From: a virus
Taxonomy: Duplodnaviria > Caudoviricetes
Direction: 5' to 3' (one strand)
IMG/VR virus record: IMGVR_UViG_3300020213_000034
Coordinates: 611 to 64,610 of that record
Length of the DNA: 64,000 bases
A model generated the notes under the pieces. That model saw only the letters and a list, made by a program, of their open reading frames with translations. It ran no database searches and was not told the origin of the DNA. This document shows, piece by piece, positions 33,198 to 43,917 of this stretch (the stretch's first letter is position 1; each line of letters starts with the position of its first letter). The position numbers and the translations under genes are program-made.

Positions 33198-34381
33198 TGT
33201 CAGAGCCATTCAAAGGCCTTGCCCCGGCCAACATCCGAGTTGTCGAGCTGGACTACATCCCGCCCTATGTTTTGGTGTGCCCGTATTTCACGCTTCAGCC
33301 GGCTTCGGTCTCTGTGGATGCTGGCGAGAACGCGGTATTCTCGGCAACTTCAGACATCAGCACTGAGGACACGATCACTTACCAGTGGCAGGTTTCGACG
33401 GATGGCGGAATCTCTTGGGATGACATCATTGACGGGGCCCAGTATTCAGGGGCAACCACTGACGAGCTGACCGCCATTGCGATCACTGCCGACCAGCAGG
33501 GCTATCTGTATCGCGTTGAAGCCGCTGCGGGAGGATGCACGGTTGATTCAGGCGAAGCCATGCTGACAGTCATCATCGTCACGGGCGTTGAGCGCGCCAT
33601 GGTTGGCGGCGGAGGCGGAGGCGGCAAGCTCTATGGAGGCGGCGGAGGCGGCGGTCAGTTCCTCGGGGACAGCATCGAGCTGAATCCAACACTGCCCTAC
33701 TCCGTCGTCATTGGCGATGGAGGCCTCGGTTCAACGAGCGCACTCAACTATCGCGGACAAATCGGTGGTGATACGATCTTCAATGGCGACACAGTCAAGG
33801 GCGGTGGCGGTGGCGGTGGTGGTGGATTCCCTAGCTCAGATGGAGTCGGAGGAAGTGGAGGCCCCGGCGGCGGTGGCGGTCAATCGAGTGGCGCTGGAGT
33901 CTTCACGCTGGGCGGAACGGGCGCCCCGGGCGGAACGGGCGGCTCTGGTTTCTGGACTGGAGGAGACGAAGTTGCTGGCGGCGGCGGAGCAAGCTCTGGG
34001 GCTAACGGGCAGAGCGCCTACAATAGCGGCCAGAACGGCGGCAACGGCGCCGATGGCGCCCTTTCGTCTGTCCCTGCCGTGCCGACACGCTTCGGTCCCG
34101 GCGGTGGCGGCGGCGTGCAGCCTATTCAGACTCCCGGTGCCGGTGGTGCCGATGGCGGCGGAGCTGGCGGAAAGATCACGAACGGATTCAATGGATCAGG
34201 CCCGGGCGCTGGCGGTGGCGGTGGCTCTGGCAGTGCTGGGAACAATGGCGGAAATGGATTCCGCGGAGAACTCGTTCTTCGTTACTATGGCGCTCCTCGC
34301 TGGACCGGCGGAACGGTCACTTCGGATGGCGGCGACACAATCCACACCTTCACGGCAAGCGGCTCACTCGACCCGCTGTAA
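33197..34381 (+). CDS. Ig-domain plus glycine-rich tail protein
   Basis: QP.S.SV..GENA.FS, YQWQ, G..YR; GGGGGG repeats; TGGTVT..GG.TIHTFT.SG. Confidence 0.85.
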   Translation: MSEPFKGLAPANIRVVELDYIPPYVLVCPYFTLQPASVSVDAGENAVFSATSDISTEDTITYQWQVSTDGGISWDDIIDGAQYSGATTDELTAIAITADQQGYLYRVEAAAGGCTVDSGEAMLTVIIVTGVERAMVGGGGGGGKLYGGGGGGGQFLGDSIELNPTLPYSVVIGDGGLGSTSALNYRGQIGGDTIFNGDTVKGGGGGGGGGFPSSDGVGGSGGPGGGGGQSSGAGVFTLGGTGAPGGTGGSGFWTGGDEVAGGGGASSGANGQSAYNSGQNGGNGADGALSSVPAVPTRFGPGGGGGVQPIQTPGAGGADGGGAGGKITNGFNGSGPGAGGGGGSGSAGNNGGNGFRGELVLRYYGAPRWTGGTVTSDGGDTIHTFTASGSLDPL

Positions 34382-34435
34382 ACTTGCCTTGACTCTCCAA
34401 ATTACACTAGTAGAACTACTAATACCCACAAGCCG

Positions 34436-35377
34436 ATGAGCCAACTACCCGTCACAGTCGATTTCGGAACCCTTCCAAACAACGGGCAAGGATATACCCC
34501 GCAAGAGTTTGCGAATAGGCTTGGCCTGAATGGCCGCATCTTTACCGAGCAGGACTTCGCGCTCTTCACCATCGGCGCCACCGCGCCAACCAGTAATTCT
34601 GGTCCTTGGGCGAAGAACGGAAACTCATGGTATTACTGGGACTCGGTGAGCGGCTCGTATGTTCCGTTTGTGATTCCGTCCGCCAGCTTGGGATATTCGG
34701 TCAGCGCCATCGCGCCGGACCCGGCGCTGTTCCAGTTCTGGATTCAGCTAAACGGCGCAGGCTCTCCGCTCGCCCTCAAGACCTACTTCAGCGGCGCATG
34801 GGTTGACGTCTACGCGGCCACCATGGCCGGATTCTCGACAACGGTTGCCATGAACGCTGCAATTGCGACGCAGGCTGCCATCACCCTAGCCGCCGCTAAT
34901 GCTTACACCACCGCCGCGATTGCAGCCATCCCCGGCGTCACGATTGTTGCCGGTCAGGGAGTGTTCAGCGGGGTTTCTGCCGCGGCTCAGAGCGTCGTAT
35001 TTGGTGGGGCTGGAAGCCAGACGGGATCGGTGGACCTCGGCGCCGAAAGCTTCGATCCAGACAACTGCTTTGGGAGCAATGTCTTCACCGCGCCAGCGGC
35101 AGGATATTATACGTTCCAAGGAGAGGTCAGAACAGATGTTGTCAGCGGCGCACCAACAGCCGTAGAAATCGGAATCTTCTTCCTTGTCAACGGAACGCCA
35201 TCGGACAGGTTCAACAACGAAGAGACCGATGGCACCGGAGGCCAGACCGTGGTTGGCTCGACCACCTATCAGCTGGGTGCCGGAAACACGGTTGGACTTG
35301 GATTCGATTTCACCGTTAATGCGGCCTGCACCATCGAGATGAACCCGACCCGCCTATCCGGGTTCCGCATCCGCTAA
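34436..35377 (+). CDS. tail fibre with C-terminal C1q-like domain
   Basis: FDP...F....FTAP.AGYY.F...L.AG.TV....LSGFRI. Confidence 0.75.
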   Translation: MSQLPVTVDFGTLPNNGQGYTPQEFANRLGLNGRIFTEQDFALFTIGATAPTSNSGPWAKNGNSWYYWDSVSGSYVPFVIPSASLGYSVSAIAPDPALFQFWIQLNGAGSPLALKTYFSGAWVDVYAATMAGFSTTVAMNAAIATQAAITLAAANAYTTAAIAAIPGVTIVAGQGVFSGVSAAAQSVVFGGAGSQTGSVDLGAESFDPDNCFGSNVFTAPAAGYYTFQGEVRTDVVSGAPTAVEIGIFFLVNGTPSDRFNNEETDGTGGQTVVGSTTYQLGAGNTVGLGFDFTVNAACTIEMNPTRLSGFRIR

Positions 35378-35381
35378 TTCT

Positions 35382-35981
35382 ATGAAAACACTGACAGTCA
35401 TCGATGATTTCTATTTCGCCCCGAAGGCCCTCTTGAGGGCCGCGCAGGGCTTGGACTATTCCACCAAGGAATATGAGGGGTACCCATACCACGGCGTAAG
35501 CGTTGACTTCGAGCCCGACAACATCGCCGGACTGATTAGCCTGAGCATGGATAAGCCGGTCAAGGTTGGCATCAACTACTTCCGTCTCGGCATCACCACG
35601 GAAAGTTGCACGACGCACATCCATTCAGACAACGCCATCGACCCGTTTGCGGCGGTGTTGTATCTCAACGACGCTCCGGAAGGAGTGCGCGCAGGCACCG
35701 CGTTCTGGCGCCACAAGGAACATGGAATTGACGCCATGCCGACGCTCGAGTGGATCGCGGCCAACACCACGCTTTCCGTCGAGGAATTCATCAAGAAGCT
35801 GAACGAGGACGGGGCCGATGAATCCAAGTGGGATATGGTCTCTCTCGTGGGCCAGAAGGCCAACCGATTCGTTACTTATCCATCGCATCTCTTCCACTCC
35901 CGCTACCCGCAGGCCGCGTGGGGCTCGAGCCCGAAGGACGGTCGCCTCATTTGGACCGGATTCTACCACTACATTGGTTAA
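35382..35981 (+). CDS. 2OG-Fe(II) oxygenase (DUF6445-like)
   Basis: VIDDFY..P, HIHSD, AAVLYLN, GTAFWRH, NR...Y....FHS, RL. Confidence 0.8.
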   Translation: MKTLTVIDDFYFAPKALLRAAQGLDYSTKEYEGYPYHGVSVDFEPDNIAGLISLSMDKPVKVGINYFRLGITTESCTTHIHSDNAIDPFAAVLYLNDAPEGVRAGTAFWRHKEHGIDAMPTLEWIAANTTLSVEEFIKKLNEDGADESKWDMVSLVGQKANRFVTYPSHLFHSRYPQAAWGSSPKDGRLIWTGFYHYIG

Positions 35982-36414
35982 ACAGATCACAGTCGAACAA
36001 CTCGCTGAAGTAGCGGAAATGGGCCCGGCCTTCTGGGCTGAGGGCATGCTTCCGGGTGCGTTCATCCCGGGCGTATTCTGTGCCAAGTGGCAGTCCCTCA
36101 TCGAGCAGAACATCGGGTTCATCCTCGGCCTTTTCTCCGAAGGCAAGATCGTCGGCACATTCGGCGCAATCGTCGCTGAAGACCTCAACGATGCAAAGCT
36201 GGTAGCCAATGAATGCTTTTGGTTCGTGAAACCGGAAGCCCGTGGCCGAGGATTTGAGCTTCTGATCGCCTACGAAGAAGAGGCCCGACGCCGTGGCGCG
36301 GTTCGCTGCTCCATGATCCACCTTCTCAATCTCCAGCCGGAAAGGCTGGCGCACATCTACGAACGCCGCGGCTACCTTGCCGTGGAAACCTCATACTTCA
36401 AGGAACTAACCTAA
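35974..36414 (+). CDS. GNAT acetyltransferase-like protein
   Basis: WFVKPEARGRG..LL..YE..A, IYER.GY; TTG start inferred. Confidence 0.75.
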   Translation: MVKQITVEQLAEVAEMGPAFWAEGMLPGAFIPGVFCAKWQSLIEQNIGFILGLFSEGKIVGTFGAIVAEDLNDAKLVANECFWFVKPEARGRGFELLIAYEEEARRRGAVRCSMIHLLNLQPERLAHIYERRGYLAVETSYFKELT

Positions 36415-36415
36415 C

Positions 36416-37438
36416 ATGGTCACAACAGCAGCAGTCGTCGGCGCAGCTTCAGCGGTAGGCGGTCTCGGCCTAGCCGCCAAGTCCATGTCGAACCAGAATA
36501 AGGCCGCCAAACAGGCTGCCGAAGCCGCCAAGAATTCCGGCGTGAACGTCGGCGAGGTCAACAAGATGGCGGAGGCTCAGGCCATCCGCAACGCCCGCAA
36601 TTCGGCCGCGCTTGAGCAGGAGCTTAACCCGCTCGCTCCGCAGCTACGCACGCGCTCCCTTCAGGCGGTTATCGACTCCTTGGGTGACGGTAAGTATGAC
36701 GAGGCGATCCAGCAGCGCCTATTCCAAGACTTCAATGGACAGGACGTCACGCCGCAGTATCAGGACTATGACCAGTCTGATCTGAGCAAGGCGTCGCAGG
36801 CTCGCGCTCTTGAGCAGTTGCAGCTTGGCGGCAAGCTGGATACCGAAACCGCCAACCAAGTCATCCGCTCTTCCGCAGCCCGTGCCGGTGGCTTCGGTGA
36901 CACGCTGGGTCTGGGCCGTGATATTTCCGCCCGCGACCTTGGGCTAACTAGCCTGCAGCTCTCGCAGCAGCGCCTTGCAACCGCCGGCCAGTTTGGTCAG
37001 GCTCAGGACCAGTTCACGGCCCAGCGCATGGGGGCGCTCAACAACTTCGGGCTTTCTGCCGCCCAGCTGGCTCTAGGCCAGCAGCAGCAGCGCGCCAACA
37101 CCGGCTTCGGCTTGAATGCGATGGGCCAGCAAGGCTATGGTCGCGCCCTACAGGCGGCTCAACTCGGCCAAAGCATCCAGCAGCCGCTGACCGGACTGGA
37201 CCCGGCCTCCATTGCCAACCTTGCTGTCGGAAACTCCAATCTGCAGGCCAACGCAGCCCAGCAGGCTGCCGGACTTCGCTCCTCTGCGGCGGCTGGCCTC
37301 GGTCAGTTTGGTGGAGCGCTTACTGGCGCTGGCCTTGGTCTCCTTGGAAACGCTGCGAAGCTCTACGAAAATAGGAAGCCGCCAACAGTGCTGCCGCCAA
37401 CAGTGCCGCCGCCCTCCCCGGGGTCGGGGGGTAGGTAA
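36416..37438 (+). CDS. internal virion / DNA ejection protein
   Basis: Gly/Ala-rich hydrophobic N-terminus, Gln-rich; position. Confidence 0.65.
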   Translation: MVTTAAVVGAASAVGGLGLAAKSMSNQNKAAKQAAEAAKNSGVNVGEVNKMAEAQAIRNARNSAALEQELNPLAPQLRTRSLQAVIDSLGDGKYDEAIQQRLFQDFNGQDVTPQYQDYDQSDLSKASQARALEQLQLGGKLDTETANQVIRSSAARAGGFGDTLGLGRDISARDLGLTSLQLSQQRLATAGQFGQAQDQFTAQRMGALNNFGLSAAQLALGQQQQRANTGFGLNAMGQQGYGRALQAAQLGQSIQQPLTGLDPASIANLAVGNSNLQANAAQQAAGLRSSAAAGLGQFGGALTGAGLGLLGNAAKLYENRKPPTVLPPTVPPPSPGSGGR

Positions 37439-37465
37439 ATTCCAGAATCTTCGGCTCATAATACC

Positions 37466-38575
37466 ATGCCATCACCAATCCAGACCCGCGGTTTCGAAGT
37501 CAGCGTCATGCCGGACGTGCAGCTGGCTGACCCACGCATGTTCAACCCATACGGCGGAATCGTAGACGGCCTCGGGGCCGGCATGAAACTGGCCGGTGGC
37601 CTGCAGGACATTGTTCTGCGCCGCCACCAGCAGAAACTGCAGGATGCACAAGAGGCCCGCAGCGCCGAGCAGAGCGCCTATAACATCGGCCGTCGCCCAA
37701 CGGCAGAGCGGATGGACGCGGCCAATCTGGCTCTCGTTGAGAATCGCAAGACGCTGGCAGACGCGAAGCTTCCGGGGCAGGTTGGGGAGGCCGAGGGGAT
37801 CGTCGAGAAGCAGACGGGCACGTTTACCGATCCCGATGAAGACGGAAACGAGGTGGAATATGGAAACTTCGAGTTCTTTAATCCGGTCACTGGGGAGAGG
37901 GGCACATACACCGGCCGCCCGCTAAGGACGCTGCGCACCAAGGCCCAGATTGATTCCGACAACCTGAAGGGTGAGGCTGCAGTGCGCGCAAGTGATGCGC
38001 TCGCCAAAAGCCGCGACTCATACGGACTCGCCGTTTCCCGGTTTCAGCAGGCTGAGGCCGGTGGAGACCCGGAGGAGATTCAGTTCTGGAGGAATAGGCT
38101 CGAGCGCCTCAACGCAATGCCGGGAACCCTTGCTCCGGGCACCACATCCGGTCGGCGTCTCGAGCGCCTTGCGGTAGACGCAGGCTTCACTCAGGAACAA
38201 GGCGAAGCCCTCGCCGGGACACAGGAAGGTGTCAGCGCTATGAATAAACTCGGCGCCCAGATGAAAATGCTGGGAACGCAAGGCTTCGTGCCTGACGAGC
38301 TGAAACTTACCCCTGCAGAACAGGCGGCGGTTAATGCCGCTAAGCGTCCATCCGCTTCGGCGCCGGCACGCGCTGCCGCACCTGCCCCAGTTCCTGCGCG
38401 GCCTCCTGCGGCCGGGGGAGCACCCGTTCCAGAGATGTTTCCCATGTCGTTTTCGGCCCGGCCTCCTGTTCCTCAGTTCAACACATCGGAAGAGGCCCAA
38501 GCGGCTTATGATGCTGGTCAAATCAAAGAGGGCCAAGAGATTCGGGTTGCCGGGCAACTTGGGCGCTGGCAGTAA
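37466..38575 (+). CDS. internal virion / ejection protein
   Basis: position between ejection genes; composition. Confidence 0.6.
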   Translation: MPSPIQTRGFEVSVMPDVQLADPRMFNPYGGIVDGLGAGMKLAGGLQDIVLRRHQQKLQDAQEARSAEQSAYNIGRRPTAERMDAANLALVENRKTLADAKLPGQVGEAEGIVEKQTGTFTDPDEDGNEVEYGNFEFFNPVTGERGTYTGRPLRTLRTKAQIDSDNLKGEAAVRASDALAKSRDSYGLAVSRFQQAEAGGDPEEIQFWRNRLERLNAMPGTLAPGTTSGRRLERLAVDAGFTQEQGEALAGTQEGVSAMNKLGAQMKMLGTQGFVPDELKLTPAEQAAVNAAKRPSASAPARAAAPAPVPARPPAAGGAPVPEMFPMSFSARPPVPQFNTSEEAQAAYDAGQIKEGQEIRVAGQLGRWQ

Positions 38576-38581
38576 ATCCAC

Positions 38582-41500
38582 ATGCCATTCGTTGCGCATC
38601 CATCGGGTAGCACCCCTTCGGGCAAAGGCTTCGTTCCATACGAAGCCCAACCGGCTTCGCCGTATTCTCCAGAAGCCATGCGCGCCAATGCCATGGCAGG
38701 GTTTGAGAGCCGTCTCCGCTTTCTCCAGAGCCGTGATGCAGCCGAGGCCGAGCTGAACCCGGAGCGCAATCCATTCGCTGAGGCTGGTGACGCGCTAGTC
38801 ACAACCGGCCTGCGCGCTGGCCTGCCTCTGGCCGCGGCGGTCCTTTCTGCTGAGACTGGCCCCGGCATGGTTCCGATCACGGCTGGCGCTGGCGCTATCG
38901 GCAACCGACTGGCCAACATCTACGAGGACGCCCGGGGCTACGAGAAGCCGCAGAAAAGCTTTCTTGGCAACCTGAAGGAGGACTTGGACTGGGGGGCAAT
39001 GGCCGGCATTGGCGCGGCTATTCCGGCCCTGCCGAGGCTCCCGGCCCGCTTCATCGCACGCAGCCCGCTCAAGGCCGCTGTCACACAAGGCTTGGCGGAC
39101 ACCGCCGCGGGCGCAATCACTAATACTGGCATGGATGCTGCCCTGCAACTTTCTCAGACCGGAGAGCTGGACTCGCAGCGCTTGGCCGAGATGGGCCTGA
39201 TGGGAGGCGGAATGTCGGCCTTGATTGGCTTGCACCCAGCCATGGACACGCTGCGCCGCGGGCGCGCTGCAGGCCGCGCTCGCCCGGTCAACCAGATGCC
39301 GGACGTCCCGCCGGTCGAGCCGACCTTGGCGCTGGGCCGCGGGCCCCAGCTGCCGCTTCAGGACGGCGCTGGAAACATCGTTCCGGATGGCCCGCCTCCG
39401 GTGCCGCAACTTCCTCCGCCCAAGAGCACCAGCAAGACTAGCAAGATCAGCAAGACCAGCAAGACCATCAAGGACGTCACCGAGCGCATGGCCACAGCCT
39501 CAGACCCGGAGCAGAAGCTGGCCATCCTGAAGCAGGAAGTGAAGCTCCGCGGGGACACCCTGACCATGATCGAGCAGCGTGTCGCGCTTGATGCCAAGAT
39601 TTCCCTCGAGAGCCAGATCGCCAAGAAGAATGCCGCCCAAGAGAAGGTGGACACGGCGGTCGAAGCGCAGGAAGCGCAGGTTGCAGCTGTTGAAAAGCAG
39701 CAGAAGCAGCAGGAAGACCTGTTGAAGGCGCAGCAGAAGGTCGAGATGGAGCAGGTTAAGGCTGCCGAGGCTGCCAACAAGCAGCAGCAGGACGCCGTTG
39801 CTGAGCAACAGCGCGTTGCGGATGAAGCCGAGAAGGCCACCAAGCTGCTGGAGCCGAAGCCCATTGTCCTTGCGAACGCTGCAGCCACCGCGGCCAAGGC
39901 TATTGAGAACCAGCCGGGCACGGGACAGGGGGTGCTCAACGAGATTTCCAGCGCACCAGCCCAGCAGGCCCCCGATCCGCAACAGATGATGCCGCCGAGC
40001 AACGCGGCTCCGCTGCCGCAACAGTTGCAGCAGCCGTCTTCCGGTATTGCGTTGCCAACAATTTCACGCCCAACGAAGGCCCAGCTCAAGGCGATCCCGG
40101 AGGACACCCAGTTCCTCTACAAGGAGGGCAAGAATAGCTACTATCAGGTGGACCGCACCCCGGAGGACCCGCGTGGCCGCACGGTGGACAAGCAGACGCT
40201 GAAGGCCGAGGGTTATGACGTGTCGAAGCTGCCGAAGCCACCCAAGAATGGCGTGGATGATAACTTTGATGAGCGATCGCTGATAAGCGGCATGGCTGAT
40301 AAGGAGATCGAAGGGCAAGTAGCGCCTGCGCCAGCCGCGACGCAGCAGGCTCAGCCCGAAGCAACTCCGGACTATGGACCGCCACCTCCAGACAACACGG
40401 AGAACCGCCGCAAGGGCGCTTTCCGTCGTCAGCAGCGTGGTTCGGTCTCTGAAGATGCCCTCAGCTCGCTTGCTGGCACCGGCCTCGGCGGTGCTTACGG
40501 CTTCATCTCCACGGAAAAGAGGGAGGACGAAAGCGAAGAGCAGTTCCAAGCCCGCCGGCTGAAGAACATGCTGGCTTGGGCCGCTGGCGGTGCTGCCGCT
40601 GGCTTCGGCACATCCCGCGCATTGACCCCGGGCAAGCGGGCCATTCGGCGCGACGGAGGCCCGCAGCCCAGCTCTCGCGTGGCCCGTTCGCTGGGCATGG
40701 TGGTCGATCACAAGCCGATCATGCAGCGCATTTCCGACACAGCGCTGCTGGCCGAGAAGTGGAAGAACATCGCTCTCCGCGGTAGCCCGATGCGCAAGCC
40801 GTTCTACGATGCCACCCAGCGCGCACAGTATCGCATCATGGCTGGTCTGGCCGAGACGGTCTCCATCTTGAACAACATGCGTCGCATTGTGGTCACGCAG
40901 CATAGCGGGCCGCAGAAGCAGGCCGTCTTCGACAAGATCAATGAGGTCTTCTTGGACATCAGCAAGCTGGAGCAGCTTCCGGCCAACCTCCAGAAGGATG
41001 CCGCCCGCATGTTTGGGATTCGCGCCCACAACGCGACGCTCCTGAACAACATGGAGGGCCTGACGCAGGCCACCCGCGACACCATCGCGGAGAATGGTGG
41101 AAACTATCTTGCCCGTCAATACGCCATCTTCGACCTGAAGAACGAGCGCGAGCTGCGCGCCTACAAGGAGAGCCTTGCGCCTGAGGATGTCAGCGCAGCA
41201 CTCGACGCGATTCAGGAGAGCTGGAAGCCGAAGCCGAAGAGCCCGGAAGAACAGAAGTTCGCCGCGGACACCATCGAGTTTGTTGCCAAGCAGGCCGTTG
41301 GCGGTTCGGATGACGCCGTGGCATCCATCAAGTCGCTCCGCCCATGGATGACGGACGCTGACGCGGCGAGGGTCGCGGCTTGGGTGGCTGGCGGCAAGCA
41401 GCCGGGACTGCCGAAGGTTAGGGCGCTCTACCAAGAGCTTATCAATCCTTCCGACGTCACCCGAGACGAAGCCAAGGTGCTACTGGACCAGTTCCTTGAC

Positions 41501-43690
41501 CGCAACCAGTTCGGTCCATTCAGCATCGGTCGCAAGGAAATCGGCGGCAAGGACGTGACGTCGCTTTACCAGAAGCAGGAGATTGACACGCGCCTGCGCA
41601 AGGTGCTGGGAGAGGTCAAAGACCCACTGAAGAACGCCTATCGCACGGTAGACAACCAAGTGCAGTTGATTGAGCGTGACCGCCAACAGCGTGAGCTGAT
41701 CGGGATCGGTTCGGGCATGAATATCATGACCAAGGACGCCGACGTGGCCGCGTCCAAGGGATTCCAGCCCTTCGTCAAGGCCGGCACGCAGCTCAACGGC
41801 TCATACGACAACTGGGATGGCGTCTACATCGACCCGGTGTTCCGCGAGGAGTTCCAAGGATTGTTCAACCAGTCCGGCATGGACGACAACCTCGCCAAGA
41901 AGCTGATTCTTGACCCGATTCGCACGGCGACGGGCGTGTTCAAGTGGATGAAGATCATCCCGAGCACCGACTCCCGCTCCATTAACGCTCTCGGCGCCTA
42001 CCTGAACAACGTCCAGAATGGACGCGCCCTCAACCCGCTTGGCAAAGGTTACCGCGAAGGAACCAAGGCGCTGCTGACGCAGGCCGGCCTGATTAACCCT
42101 ACCGGTGGCCCGAATGGCAAAGCCATCAACGATCTCATCAAGGTCATGACGGAGCAGGGCATCATGGACGAGTCCGCCATCGGCCGCGACTTCCAAGAAA
42201 ACATCAAGAACGGCACGCTCGACGGGGCGCTGGGCAAGATCGACGCCTTCATTCAGAACGGAATCAGTAATCCGACAGCCCGCAAGGCAGCCATGCTGGC
42301 CCGCTTTGAGGTGTCTGGTGGCGAGTTTGCCGCAGCCGACACCGTGGCTCGTATCGCCGGGTTCCTGAGCGAGCGGGCGGACTATCGCAAGGCCTACCCG
42401 GACCTTTCAGACGGCGCTATTGACGACTTGGCTGGCCGCGCCATGCGCATGACCGGAATGATCTACTCCGAGGTGCCGCATATCCTCCGCAAGCTTTCCG
42501 GATACAGTGTTCTGCCGGCCTTCATCAACTTCCCCTACGCGACCGCCCGTGCAGCCATCAACGGGGCCCGCCTTGGCGCTGCTGAGGTCAAGGAAGGGCG
42601 AGAGACAGGAAACAACGCCCTTCTGCGCAAGGGCGCCCGTCGCCTTGCCTCTCTGGCGCTGGTTACGGCGGCTGCCTCTGGCGGTGGCGTTTCCCACTGG
42701 GTCAACAAGAGCAACGGCATCACGGATAAGCAGGAAGATGCAGCGCGCCGCATCGGCCCAAGCTACATCCAGAATTCTGCCATCATGTTCGGCGGACCGA
42801 TCGAGAATGGCCGCGTATCCATCGTTGAGCAGAGCTACCTGCTGCCGAACGCCATGCTGACGACTCCGTTCAGCGAAGGCATCAAGGCCGCCAAGGACGG
42901 TGGATTCTGGAAGGGGCTCGAGCGCACGGCGGAAGTCGCGCTTGAGCCATTCCTCGGCGGTTCCAACGAAAACGTCATGAGTCTAGGCCCGGTGGCCGGA
43001 ACCATTGAACAGATTCGGGGCAACAAGAACGAATTTGGCGAGCGTATCTTCAACCCGGAGGACCCGGAAAAGAATAAGGTCATCAGCAAATACATCCTGA
43101 ACAAGTTTGCCCCGGGTGGCTGGAGCAAGGCGCAGCGTATGTCCAAGGCGCTTAGCGACAACCCGGTGGGGACATCTGGTCAGGTCTACTCGATGAAGGA
43201 GGAGGCGCTACGCACACTTGGTCGCCGCTCGACCACCATCGATGCCCGCGTGATTCTTCCGCGCCGTTCGGCCGACATCTACTCCCGCTACACCAACGCC
43301 GGCAAGCTCTACACCGAGACTGTCCGCAAGAACCCATCGTTCACCCCCGAGGAGAAGGCCGCTGCCTACAAGAAAATGACCGATGCGCAGGCCGAGGTCT
43401 TCTCGGACTTGGTGCAGCTCTATGACGACGGAAAGACATTCGGTCTGGGAGACTCGGAAATCCGCCGCGGCATGGACATGGCCGGCGTTCCGAACGCGCT
43501 AATCAATCAGGTGCGTGCAACCAAGTATCGCCCGAACCGCCAGATTCAGCTGGACCACAAGCTGGAGCAGCGTCTCAGGCTGCAGGATCGCTTCCGTGCG
43601 GGCGGCGCTGGAAACATCGTTACGGATGGACCACCTCCGGGGCCGCAACTTCCTCCGCCCAAGAAGAGCGAGTTCGTCCCATACAAATAA
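38582..43690 (+). CDS. large internal virion / ejection protein (1702 aa)
   Basis: size, last gene of the structural block, helical composition. Confidence 0.65.
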   Translation: MPFVAHPSGSTPSGKGFVPYEAQPASPYSPEAMRANAMAGFESRLRFLQSRDAAEAELNPERNPFAEAGDALVTTGLRAGLPLAAAVLSAETGPGMVPITAGAGAIGNRLANIYEDARGYEKPQKSFLGNLKEDLDWGAMAGIGAAIPALPRLPARFIARSPLKAAVTQGLADTAAGAITNTGMDAALQLSQTGELDSQRLAEMGLMGGGMSALIGLHPAMDTLRRGRAAGRARPVNQMPDVPPVEPTLALGRGPQLPLQDGAGNIVPDGPPPVPQLPPPKSTSKTSKISKTSKTIKDVTERMATASDPEQKLAILKQEVKLRGDTLTMIEQRVALDAKISLESQIAKKNAAQEKVDTAVEAQEAQVAAVEKQQKQQEDLLKAQQKVEMEQVKAAEAANKQQQDAVAEQQRVADEAEKATKLLEPKPIVLANAAATAAKAIENQPGTGQGVLNEISSAPAQQAPDPQQMMPPSNAAPLPQQLQQPSSGIALPTISRPTKAQLKAIPEDTQFLYKEGKNSYYQVDRTPEDPRGRTVDKQTLKAEGYDVSKLPKPPKNGVDDNFDERSLISGMADKEIEGQVAPAPAATQQAQPEATPDYGPPPPDNTENRRKGAFRRQQRGSVSEDALSSLAGTGLGGAYGFISTEKREDESEEQFQARRLKNMLAWAAGGAAAGFGTSRALTPGKRAIRRDGGPQPSSRVARSLGMVVDHKPIMQRISDTALLAEKWKNIALRGSPMRKPFYDATQRAQYRIMAGLAETVSILNNMRRIVVTQHSGPQKQAVFDKINEVFLDISKLEQLPANLQKDAARMFGIRAHNATLLNNMEGLTQATRDTIAENGGNYLARQYAIFDLKNERELRAYKESLAPEDVSAALDAIQESWKPKPKSPEEQKFAADTIEFVAKQAVGGSDDAVASIKSLRPWMTDADAARVAAWVAGGKQPGLPKVRALYQELINPSDVTRDEAKVLLDQFLDRNQFGPFSIGRKEIGGKDVTSLYQKQEIDTRLRKVLGEVKDPLKNAYRTVDNQVQLIERDRQQRELIGIGSGMNIMTKDADVAASKGFQPFVKAGTQLNGSYDNWDGVYIDPVFREEFQGLFNQSGMDDNLAKKLILDPIRTATGVFKWMKIIPSTDSRSINALGAYLNNVQNGRALNPLGKGYREGTKALLTQAGLINPTGGPNGKAINDLIKVMTEQGIMDESAIGRDFQENIKNGTLDGALGKIDAFIQNGISNPTARKAAMLARFEVSGGEFAAADTVARIAGFLSERADYRKAYPDLSDGAIDDLAGRAMRMTGMIYSEVPHILRKLSGYSVLPAFINFPYATARAAINGARLGAAEVKEGRETGNNALLRKGARRLASLALVTAAASGGGVSHWVNKSNGITDKQEDAARRIGPSYIQNSAIMFGGPIENGRVSIVEQSYLLPNAMLTTPFSEGIKAAKDGGFWKGLERTAEVALEPFLGGSNENVMSLGPVAGTIEQIRGNKNEFGERIFNPEDPEKNKVISKYILNKFAPGGWSKAQRMSKALSDNPVGTSGQVYSMKEEALRTLGRRSTTIDARVILPRRSADIYSRYTNAGKLYTETVRKNPSFTPEEKAAAYKKMTDAQAEVFSDLVQLYDDGKTFGLGDSEIRRGMDMAGVPNALINQVRATKYRPNRQIQLDHKLEQRLRLQDRFRAGGAGNIVTDGPPPGPQLPPPKKSEFVPYK

Positions 43691-43694
43691 GTGC

Positions 43695-43721
43695 TTGACG
43701 GCCGTATGCGGGGCCGTATGT
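43695..43721 (+). promoter_or_regulatory. sigma70-like promoter
   Basis: TTGACG followed by TATGTT upstream of a new operon. Confidence 0.4.
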
Positions 43722-43728
43722 TGGGGGC

Positions 43729-43917
43729 ATGGAAAATAAAGATGAACCGGCGGTTCCGCTCACAACGAGCAAGCGGTATTATCCCGGGATGAGCAAGTTC
43801 GAGCACGTCAAACTGGAGGTCCTGAAGGCGATGCTCAGCAACCCCAACACCAACAACGGGCACATTGCGATCGATGTTAGCTCGGCCGACATGGCGGCCA
43901 AAGAATTCTTCAAGTGA
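43729..43917 (+). CDS. hypothetical protein
   Basis: EPA.P....Y.GMSK pattern of small phage proteins. Confidence 0.6.
   Translation: MENKDEPAVPLTTSKRYYPGMSKFEHVKLEVLKAMLSNPNTNNGHIAIDVSSADMAAKEFFK

Noticed and set aside
17697-43337. Long antisense ORFs in the structural region (e.g. 40064-41434, 20149-20889)
   Set aside because: Shadows of high-GC3 codon usage and repeats on the coding strand.
39364-43664. DGR-like TR/VR (3 of 4 mismatches at A)
   Set aside because: Too short, one mismatch is not at A, both copies are coding, and there is no RT.
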